A model generated the notes under the pieces. The model saw only the letters and a list, made by a program, of their open reading frames with translations, searched no databases and was not told where the DNA came from. The translations under genes and the position numbers were made by a program. Positions 38,427 to 50,189 of a DNA stretch of 64,000 bases are shown here, one piece after another (the stretch's first letter is position 1; each line of letters starts with the position of its first letter). The stretch comes from Octopus sinensis (lineage: Eukaryota), in the NCBI RefSeq assembly GCF_006345805.1, contig NC_043006.1, forward strand, positions 29,202,001 to 29,266,000, read 5' to 3'.

Positions 38427-39768
38427 GATGATGATGATGATATATATATTGGTGTATGTGTGTGTGTATATATATATTTATATATATATATATATATATA
38501 TACATATATGTTGCTAGAGTGGCTAACTAGCTTCTGTGCTGGGGGTACGTAAAAAGCACCATTCAAGCGTGATCGTTACAAGCGTCGCCTTACTGGCACT
38601 TGTGCCGGTGGAACGTGAAAAAACATTCGAGTGAGATCGTTGCCAGTGCCACTGGACTGGCTCCTGTGCAGGTGGCATGTAAAAGACACCATTTGAGCGT
38701 GGCCGTTGCCTATACTGCCTGACTGGCACATAAAAGCACCCACTACACTCTCGGAGTGGTTGGCATTAGGAAGGGCATCCAGCTGTAGACACTCTGCCAG
38801 ATCAAGATTGGAGCCTGGTGCAGCCATCTGGTTCACCAGTCCTCGGTCAAATCATCCAACCCATGCTAGCATGGAAAGCGGACATTAAACGAGGAATGAT
38901 TAGTTTAGTGAGCTGGCAAAATAATTGGCAAAAGTATTGGAAAGTGCTCTGGTCGGGATTTTTTTCTTTTTCTTTTTTCTATTCTTTTTCTTTTTTTTTT
39001 TAAATAAATCTTTACATTCTTAGTTCAAACCCTGCTGAAGTCAACTTTACCTTTAATCTTTTTTGAAGTCAATAAAATAAATACCTGTGGAGCTCTGGGG
39101 GTGGGGTGGGTCAGTGTAATTGACTTGCCCTTTCCCCCAAACTTTCAGGCTTTGTGCCTAGAGTAGAAAGGATTATTATTATTATTATTAAGGTGGTGAG
39201 CAGACAGAATTGTTAGCACATTGGACCAAATGCCAAGTGGCATTTCGTTTGTTTTTATGTTCTGAGTTCAAATTCTCCCTGCAGTCAACTTTGCCTCTTA
39301 TCTTTTCAGGGTCAATGAAATAAGCACCAGTTAAACACTGGGGTCAATGCAGTCAACTAGCCCCCTCATCCAAAATTTCATGACTCATGCCTATAATGGA
39401 AAAGATTATTATTATTATTATTGAGTGAGAGAGCAGTGCATGCCATCAAAGTGACACTGGGGTAAAATATACGGAGCCCAGTATACCCATCATGACTACC
39501 CGTCCGATAAGGGTACACTAGGCACATGCATCACAACCATGTGTGCGCGACATGGTGATCTCATATCAAGATAAACAGCGCATGACCTTGCAGGTGGGGG
39601 CCCAGTTAGAATTTTCTTCTGGTCGAGTAACCCATCCCACTCAAAAAGTCCCTGAATAAGGATTAAGGATGTTGAACCAAACACCCATGTTTCCAGAGGT
39701 GAATTATTGAAACCCCAAAGAATCCCTCTCAACACATGGCTATGATACTCCCCCACTACTTATTATTA

Positions 39769-39802
<34 letters not shown>

Positions 39803-39825
39803 CATTATTATTATCATCATTATTA

Positions 39826-39872
<47 letters not shown>

Positions 39873-42800
39873 GTCATTATTATTATTATTATTATTAGAA
39901 ACATTTATTCTAACTGTATCAATTTATCTTCTTCATTTCTAGTAACTTCTCCAATTACAAGAGTAGATTTTCAATGCCAAAGAATGGAGATGGTGAGAAC
40001 ATGCTTTATAGGTGAGTTATTTTTATTCTTCTTAATGTCTTGTAGTCTTAAGTTTGAGTACCTCCATGATACAGATCTGTCCAAGTAGAGTTAACTACGA
40101 CATTTCGATAGGACACCAAGTTGGTACAAATAATGATAGTGTGAAGAAAGTGGTATGTAGTCAGTTTAGATCATCATCATCATCATCATTTAACAACTGT
40201 TGCCCATGCTGGCATGGGTTGGACAGTTCATTACGAAACTACTTAAGAGGCTCAGTCATTCTGAAAATTTAGCAGTTACAAATTATTTTCAAATTATACT
40301 GATGACAACTTTATTGTAAATAATAAAAATTAAGGCTAATGAAGAAAGTAGAGCAAATGGGGTTTTTATTTGCTGTATCTAGATAATGATAACATTTGGT
40401 TTAAATTTTGCTTTGTGAATTGATATTGTCATCAATTTTAACAACTGCAAGAAAAAATATAGAGAGAGGAAACTCCAAAAGGTGATGTTCTGGGGAGGGA
40501 GGAATTGGCTTAGTAAATAATGGAGGGGGCATATGTGGGAGAAATAGTTTTTAATGAGGTGAAGTAATTTCTGGCTCTGTAGAGAGTGTTCATTGTTAGC
40601 AATATTGTTTGTGCATTGTTAAGGATATGCATTCATGAGGAGAAATCCTGAGTGATGCTGCAGCCTAACATTTCTAGTGGCCTTGAGGATTCAGGTTGAT
40701 TGGATTGGGTAAGGTGGGTCGTGATAATGTATTCTTGATATGCTCTGTGAATGTGTCTTTGATGTACTGTTGAAGGAGATAATATAGTATGATCCTATTG
40801 TCAATGTTTTAGAGGTCCTTGTTCATGAAATCATCAATACTTCAGCCCCTAACAATCATTGACACTCAGCAAAGCTTGGATAAGGCCACAATGCAGCATT
40901 GCTTTCACATGTGGCATAATACTGTTGCTGTATGCATAGTCATCCTTGGCTGCTTCTGGAGATGAGCCACATGACTAATTGGCTTAAATCATTTACAGTC
41001 ACAATTTCGTTTCAGCACACAGATATGCTGTCTTTTCTCTCTGCCTTTTATCCCTTGACTCTAAAGGCTTCTTCTCCTTGCAACTAGCTAGGTTTATATG
41101 ACCTCTACTCAGGCATTTTTAACCCACACATGTCTCTCCTCCACTCATCATCCATATGTCCAATCCCACCCCCACCCCACCCCACACACACTATCACTAC
41201 GCCCAGTTCTTCCTTCCCAGAGCATTAGCTGTCTGGAATTGCCTTCTTGCTCATGTCTTTCTTGTAGGTGTTGACTTACAAAAATTTTAAGAGCTGCATC
41301 ATTAACATCAATCTCACCAGAGTAGGAGAGCCTGTGGAAACTCTGGGTATTTTCCTTTCCTCCAGACACAGCAAGAAAAACAAATAAACGTCACACATGT
41401 GGATAATACTTGGGTGCAGAAGACTGGTGTGGAGTGAAGAGTGATATCATCTGTACAGAAGTGGGCATAGTTGGAGATGATGAGGAAGGAGCATTAAAGT
41501 GAAAACCAAACTCTGAGAACACCTGTTGGTCAAAGAAAGAGCCCTCATCAATACATGCTTTAATGCTGTGATTTAACAGAAAGCTCACAATATGGTGACA
41601 CGTAAAAAGCACCCACTACACTCACGGAGTGGTTGGCGTTAGGAAGGGCATCCAGCTGTAGAAACATTGCCAGATAAGACTGGAGCCTGGTGCAGCCTTC
41701 TGGCTTCCCAGATCCCCGGTCAAACCGTCCAACCCATGCTAGCATGGAGAACGGACGTTAAACGATGATGATGATGATAAATATGGAAGCTAGAAGAAGC
41801 TCATAGGAAGGGAGTTTTGTCAGGCGATATGCGCATTAGACATGGTTGAAAAGTTTGCTGGTGTCAAGAGCAACCACACTGTTTTAACCAAGTTTCTCAA
41901 AGATGTGAGCTGACTGATGAGTAGAGGAAGAGAATAGGCCTCTTCTACATTTTACTTTTTGGATGTCATATTGGTTGCCTTTAAAGAGGAAGAGGAATTC
42001 AAAATGATGGAGAAGATTGTTGTTAATGGTTGTCTCTAGTACCTTTGAAATGCTGACAATGAGTGTAATAAGACAATAGTTGGTGTATGTCTTTGGAATG
42101 GGATCCACTGTAAACTGATTCCCAAACCCTAGTGACTAACTCTGATCAGGGCTAAAAATAAGAACTGCTTGTGGATTATACAATGTCTTCTAGTTACACC
42201 AAATTATCATAAAAGTAATTGTTAGATTAATTCTAACTCACAAAATTGACTGTAGCATGTTTAATGCAATTCTCTTTTGTACATGAATCCAGTGTAATGT
42301 TGTTTGCAAGATCTAAAATGCACAACGTTTGGGTTAGGGATCTGTATCTTAAACCCTTTTGTGATGATATTCATGCCAACATGGAAGGCGGATGTTAAAT
42401 GATGATGATAATTATTAATGATAAACATTCATGTATTTCAGGTCATTTTGAGAATATCAAGAATTTGGCGGGTGTTAATAAAATTACATATGTTTTTATT
42501 TAATATAATATAATGAAATTATTGTATACAGTGCTCAGGTGCACCACAACTTGTCAAAAAGTGCGTATAAAGTATATGCAGTAATGTACAAAATGCCTGG
42601 AAAGCGAACAGTGTATGAGTCAGATACATGCTTGCGTGTGTATGGAGGGGAGAAAATCAGGTGTAGTGTTGGTGAATCTCAGGAAGCATGGAAGTTTTGA
42701 AGGATGCAGTGCTCCAACAACTAACAACTGATGCCGGCAGTCTGTTCCATGCTTCAGCAACTCTTAGCGTGAAAAAATGTTTCCGAAAGTCATGGGAGCT

Positions 42801-45800
42801 GTGCTGTTTTCTGACTTTGTAAACATGTCCATGGGTGTTAGACAGGTGGAGTTTGAAAAAGTGCTCAGAGTTATTGTTTGTAAGATGGTTAATAATTTTA
42901 TGGGTGTCTGCCAAGTCAGCTGCCAGACGTCAGAGTTTCGAAGTGTCCATGCCCGGGGAAGTAAGGCATTCAGAATATGGCAAATGCCTGATGGAGGGTA
43001 TTCTCTTGAAAAGGCGTTCAGAATATGGCAAATGCCTGGAGGGTATTTATGGAAATAATGTATGAAGACTGTTGTTTGTAACAAAAGAATCTTACATAAA
43101 ATTATAATTGTAAGTTTTCATTGAAATATAAATACTTTTAATTAAGTTTGTCTTCTAGACTGAGAGGTAACTTACTTTCTAACGGGTGAATGAAATTTTC
43201 ATTATTTTTCTCTTTACAGCTTCAACATTGGTCCAGCTCACATTATAAGTTTCAGTTCAGAAGTTTATTACTACTACGTTGACTATCACTATACAGATTA
43301 CCAGTATAACTGGTTAAAGAAAGATCTGGAAGAAGCTAATCTCCCTGAAAACCGTGCCAAACGTCCATGGATTATGGCTATGGCTCATAAGCCAATGTAC
43401 TGTTCTAATAATGATGATCCTACCATGTGTAATAACAAAACCAATCCTGTAAGTAGAAATTGCATTCAATACCTATATTTGCTTAGAGCTAAGGAAAACA
43501 ATAACAGCTCAATGATGGAGTGTTCCAGCCATAAAGCACTAGACTACTGGAATGTTTATCTTAGTGATGGTTTTAGTAATTTCCACCATACTAAACATGA
43601 TTAGTAACTTGCAATATACACAAAACTTCCATCCCACCTTTAAAACTAAGATAATCTGATATCTTTTTAACCAATGGTGTACTCCTTATAGTAGCTGGAT
43701 TAAACAAAGATATTTTTTTGAAAGCATAACGTTACTTTTAATGTGTTATCACCTGCTTTATTTTTGTTATAAATTTTACCTTCTACTAATCACCATCTTT
43801 TCTACAAGCTTATTGGTGATTTCAAATGCTAGTTAGACGAAGGAATAAAAGTTAAAACCAGTGATCATATCAATGTAATTTTATTATTCCTCATATTGTG
43901 TTACATTAGTGGATGAGACCCTTAACTCTTAATGGCTTATCCTCATAGATGTAAGTAGGTACTCTGAATATACTGTTAACAAGCCACTGTGTTGTGTAAT
44001 CAGCTATACAGACAGCTGTTTCTCTTTTCTGTGCTAAACTGCTGTTTATCATCATCATCATCATCATTTAACATCCGCTTTCCATGCTAGCATGGGTTGG
44101 ACGGTTCAACTGGGGTCTGGGGAGCCCGAAAGCTGCACCAGTCCAGTCAGATCTGGCAGTGTTTCTACAGCTGGATGCCCTTCCTAACGCCAACCACTCC
44201 GAGAGTGTAGTGGGTGATTTTATGTGCCACCGACACAGGTGCCAGACGAGGCTGGCAAACGGCCACGCTCGGATGGTGTTTTTTATGTGCCACCGACACA
44301 GGTGCCAGATGAGGCTGGCAGACGGCCACGCTCGGATGGTGTTTTTATGTGCCACCGACACAGGTGCCAGATGAGGCTGGCAAACGGCCACGATCGGATG
44401 GTGCTTGTTACGTGGCCACAGCACGGAGGCCAGTCGATGCGGTACTGGCTACGGCCACGTTCGGATGGTTTTATTGTGTGCCACGTGCCACCGGCACTGG
44501 TACCACAAAGATACAAATTCCATTGATTTGTTTTGATTTAATTTTCACTTGCCTCAACAGGTCTTCACAAGTGTCACAAGAAGGAAGGTATGCACAGGTG
44601 GACTGACTACGTCCCAGGTAGGGGCCATGGGTTATGGCCTGACTAGTCTTGCCGGGTCTTCGGATGGTGTTTTTATGTGCCACCGACACAGGTGCTAGAT
44701 GAGGCTGGCGAACGGCCACGATCGGATGGTGTTTGTCATGTACCCACCGCACTGACTACAGCACTGATGGATTTCTTGTGTGCCACAGGCACTGGTACCA
44801 CAAGATACAAATTCCATTGATGTTCATCTATTTTGTCTATTTTGATTTGATTTGATTTGATTTGATTTGATTTGATTTTCACTTGCCTCAACCGGTCTTC
44901 ACAAGTGTCACAAGAAGGAAGGTATGCACAGGTGGACTGACTAGTCTTGCCGGGTCTTCGGAAGGTAATGTTTAATAATACTGCATGATCAATGTTTTCA
45001 TTTTTGACCATAACAAAATAACTTGCACTGCAAATTGTTTCAATGAATTACAGCACCACCATTTTCCAAAATTATATTTCTCAAAGTTGTGCTACAGTCA
45101 ATGTATTGTATACAATCGGAAATCAGTAATATTCTCACTCTGTACTTCATTACAGTTACAGCAACAACACAAAAGTGCTGTATCAAGTTGTGTCTCAATT
45201 CCCTTTCTTTTGAAGTCAATATTCTTTTCTACTCTAGGGACAAGACCTGAAATTTTGGGGGAAAGGGGGGCCAGTTGATTAGATTGAACCCAGTATGCAA
45301 CTGGTACTTAATTTATCGACCCTGAAAGGATGAAAGGTAAAGTTGACCTTGGCAGGATTTGAACTCAGAATGTAACTGCAAATGAAATACCTATTTCTTT
45401 ATTACCCACAAGGGGCTAAACACAGAGGGGACAAACAAGGACAGACATAGGTATTAAGTCGTTTACATCGACACCAGTGCGTAACTGGTACTTAATTTAT
45501 CGACCTCGAAAGGATGAAAGGCAAAGTCGACCTCGGCGGAATTCGAACTCACAACGTAACGCAGACGAAATACCGCTAAGCATTTCGCCCGGCTTGCTAA
45601 CGTTTCTGCCAGCTCGCCACTTTCTTTTGAAGTTGATGTTACCTCTGGATAAGACAGTGAGCTGGCAGAATCATCAGCTTGTTGGGTAAAATGCTTAGCA
45701 GTATTTTGTCCGTCTTTGCATTCTGAGTTCCAATTCCACTGAGGTCATCTTAGCCTTTCATCCTTTCAGAGTCAATAAAATAACTACTAGTTGAGTACTG

Positions 45801-48800
45801 AGGTCAACATAATTGACTTACCCTGCTCCTCGCAATTGCTGACCTTGTGCCAAATTTTGCAACTAATATTACTTATGAAAGAAGGCTATATAACATTTGT
45901 GGGAGACATTCAGGGGTTGGACAAAATAATGGAAACACCTAGCATCATAGCATCATAATTTTGAAATATCTATAAAACCATCAAAAGCTTAGTTATTTTT
46001 TGTTTGTTTTTTTGATTTTTTATTAGTGTTGCTTAATATGTTTTGCTAAAATTGCTGTTTCTTTTCAGATATCATCAGAAAAAGTAATTAAAATTCTTTA
46101 AAATGACAGATCCATCGAACTTTCAAAGAGGTCAAATTGTTGGTGCTCGTATGGCAGGCACTAGCATAATGAAAATAGCTGAAATGTTTGGTGTATCAAG
46201 AAGTACTGTCTCAAAAGTAATGACAGCCTTTGAGAAAGAGGGAAAAACTCGTCAAAACAAAACTCCAGAAGAAAACCAAAACTTTCAGATAGGGTCTGTC
46301 GGACTCTTATGTGAATAGTTAGAAAGGATCACAAAAGTACAGCTCCCAAAATTACTGCAGAGCTTAATGACTACCTCAAGAACCCAGTTTCCACAAAAAA
46401 CTGTTCAACAAGAGCTGCACAAAGCTGGATTTCATGGGAGGGCTGCGATCAGAAAACCACTTCTTTAAAAAACAAATGTTGCAAAGTGTTTAGAGTGGAG
46501 TAAAAATCTACAGAATTGGTCCCTAGAACAGTAGAAGAATGTTATTTTCTCAGACGAGTCATCCTTTACCATGGGCTGAGTATACGTTTGGAGACAGCCA
46601 AAAGAAGCATTTGACTCAGACTGCCTTCTTCCAATAATTAAACATAGAGGAAGATCTGTGATGATCTGGAGGGCCTATATCTTGGAAATCCCAATGGTTT
46701 CCCTTTGTGGCAGAATCAAAAGTCAAGACTATTTAAGTATTTTATCTGATCAAATTCATCCTATGGTTGTGGAACTGTTTCTGGAGAGAAACACAATCTT
46801 TCAGGATGATAATGCACCAATTCACACCGCTAAAGTTGGCACAAGGAACGTTCTAGTGAAGATGAACATCTTATCTGGCCACCACAGTCCCTAGATCTCA
46901 ATATTATTGAACATTTATGGTACATTTAAGAAAAACAAGTAAGGAGTTGATATCCTCCACCATCATCACTACAAGAACTGGAGGCTGTTTTAGCTGAAGA
47001 ATGGACAAAAATTCCTTTGGAAACAAAAGTTTTGTACAAGTCAATACCTCATAAAATTCAAGCTGTAATTACTGCCAAAGGTGGTCCTACCCCATATTAA
47101 AATAAATTTGTTTCAAATTTTAAGGTGTTTCCATTATTTTGTCCAGCCCCTGTAAATATTGTGATTGAGCTTCATTTTATGTCTTCCATTTATTCTCAGG
47201 TACGGGTCGGCCCTGCATTTGAACCTGAGAAAGGCTTGGAAAACCTTCTCTGTAATTATGGCGTAGATATTTATTTCTCAGCCCATGAACATTCATATGA
47301 AAGAATTTTCCCAATTTATGATTTTGTGGTGAGTAATAGTTTGGTTTCTATTATTAAACAATTGTTTGAGACAACTTACATATGAACATTTTTAAATAAT
47401 GATCTTTCCTTTCAATAACAGAGAAAAATCCAAATCCATTATAAAGTCAACAGAGAATTTACTTCTAGTGTTACTATTTTTGTTATGTTTTCTCTTAAGG
47501 AATGGGGTTAGTGTGAAGTGGCATGGCAGTATCTCTAGTCTAAGAGAAAAGATAATAGAAGTGGTGGCGGTGGTGTTGAAATTGTGAGCTTCCAATGGGA
47601 ATTATCAATCTTAGACAAACTGTCCAAAGGAAATACTCTAAAGATGAGAATGGCTAGAAAGATAAAGTGAAAGTACAGTCTGATAGACGTAAATGAAATC
47701 CGGAGGGCAAAAGGAATAGTGAAGCAAAAAGTGCAAGTTAAGGCCCAATGCTTACACTGATATGGAAAGAGAAATAAATTTTATAGATGAAACAAGATAT
47801 TTAAAACTGATGTTAAGAAATTCTACAGAGTGTTAAGGAAACATTTGATCAAAATAAGACCCACCTGATATGAAAGAAGTGGTGACATTTTGAGAAAGCA
47901 TATGGAGTGATAGAAAAGAATTCAACAAGGAAGCTGAATGGGTTAGGAGAGAAGAAGAAAGAATGGTAGAGTCAGAAGAACAAGGTGTTGTGATTTTAGT
48001 TTTGATTACGTGATTTTGATTGTCTCGATTGCTGTTATATGCCTGCAGTGCTACTGTGCAAAGTTCTGTTCTGTTTGCAGACGACATGTTCAGTGTTGAT
48101 TTTAGTTAGTCGGGAATGTAGAAACTCGTTGCATAAAAAATGTTATTGCGTTGAAGTTTGGTTTTGCTTACAATTTAGCAATCTTTGTTTGTATTGTATA
48201 TTGCTGTATTTTTAGTGGATTAAAGCCTTTTAAACTTTGATATTCGAGTTTGGGTTTATAACACAAAGATAGAATATGACAGTGCAGGAGCTAACTCAAG
48301 CTCTGTCTAAAGCTCATGAGTGGAAGTCTCCTAGACATGATAAAATCCCAACTTTTGGCTGAATAACCCCTCATCATCACACCACCAGTTAATGGAATGT
48401 TTCTCAAATATCATCAGAAACCCCCAAAAGACCTAAAACTGGCTCATATTAGGGATAACATACCTACTCCTTAAAGTGACACAAGAAACCCAAAAAAATA
48501 CTAGCAAATCATTTGTTTGACTACCATGTACAAAATACTTACATCCATCCTCAATCAAAACAATGTCCTTCCTCTTGAACAAAAAGGGAGCAAAAGAAAC
48601 TCATCCAGCTACAAAGACCAGCGATTAATAAACTGTATGGTACTCGAGAACTGTTCATCAAAAAGACAAAATCTTAGCACAGTATGGATTGACTATCATA
48701 AGGCATTCAACAGTGGTCAGTTTTGGTGCAGCTTAACAGAAACAGTCAGTCAAATATTTATTTGAAAGTGGTTCTCTCTAACCCTTAAACAAAGTTTCAG

Positions 48801-50158
48801 CAAAATCAGAAATAAAATGTTATTCTCGCAACAAATGGGTTAAGTCTAGTCATGGCAGTTTGGTCAGAACATGATAACTTGAGGCTTATAAATATATGAT
48901 TTTCAACATTTATTAGTGTGATATATAAATTATGGAGTAAAGAAAAATACACAGGGATATGCTTTGCATAAAGATATAATTGCAAAGTCAGTGCTTAAAT
49001 AGTTAGTATCATTAGCTGACTACTTTAAGTTTGCACTGATCTTATCTTTCACCCACTCTCATTTCTTAATTCATTGCTTGAGATTCCAGTGTCGTAATGA
49101 GAGACATGGAAACTTGTATCTGAAACAGAGGTTAATAGATTCAGTCCGAACTAAAGGGTATGTATTTATTAGAGAACTTAAAAACTGAAATAAGGGTGCT
49201 GATGAAACATGAAAATTGGGATAGTTCTTGCAGTTTGAGTTATTCTTGTAATAATTTTCACATCTTTGAGAAGCAAGTTAATTTTAGTGATATAGTGGAA
49301 CTCTTGTGGAAATGTATGGGTTGTAGATTCAATTCTATCACAATGTGGTGTGGGTGTGGGTGTGTGTGCATACTTATATGCATGTGTGCCATTATCACCA
49401 AAGGGCTTTTTTATAGGACATGTTAAAATGATGATGCTATTTTTTTTTTCATAGGTAAAGAATGGTTCCACAAAGAATCCTTACAAAAACCCTAGGGCAA
49501 CAGTTCACATAGTGACTGGTTCTGCTGTGAGTATATTTAATTTCATTTGTGTGTGTGTGCACGCGCATGTGTGTACATGGTTGTTTTTGCATACTTAAGA
49601 CTGTTGCAGGTTCCATTATGATATATGTATGTATTTGACAAATTGAGGAGGATGGTGACACATTTGTAACACGGCAATCAGGAACACTCTCTCTTGCTTG
49701 AATAGAGGCTGGAATGAATATGAAAAAAAAGAGTACCAATATTCAGACCTCTCCATGTATCTCTAACAGCATCCCTTATCTCCAAGTAAGAATGGGTGAT
49801 GAATAAGGGATAAAATATGAGATTGTCTCTCCAACAGATGTGAGTGAGGGATTGTAAAATATGTGTTTTCTCATAAACGAAATAATGATCTATCCAACAC
49901 TATTACTCTACAACTGATGAATTGTTGCTTGATATGTTTGTGTCTTTTATGTTTTGACAACAAAGATGATTTTGATCTCTCATCAGGGCAACGTTGAAGG
50001 CCAGGATCCATTTATGAAGATGCCAGTGGACTACAGTGCATTTCAAAGTGATGATTATGGTTACACTTTAACAACTATCCACAATAACACACACATTCAT
50101 CTAGAGCAGGTTTCAGATGATAAGGTCAGTATAACAATATCTCCAGTTTGAATCGTCG

Positions 50159-50189
<31 letters not shown>

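Noticed and set aside
39736-39942. Poly-Leu ORF and similar poly-Ile/Tyr ORFs elsewhere
   Set aside because: Translations of (ATT)n and (TA)n microsatellites
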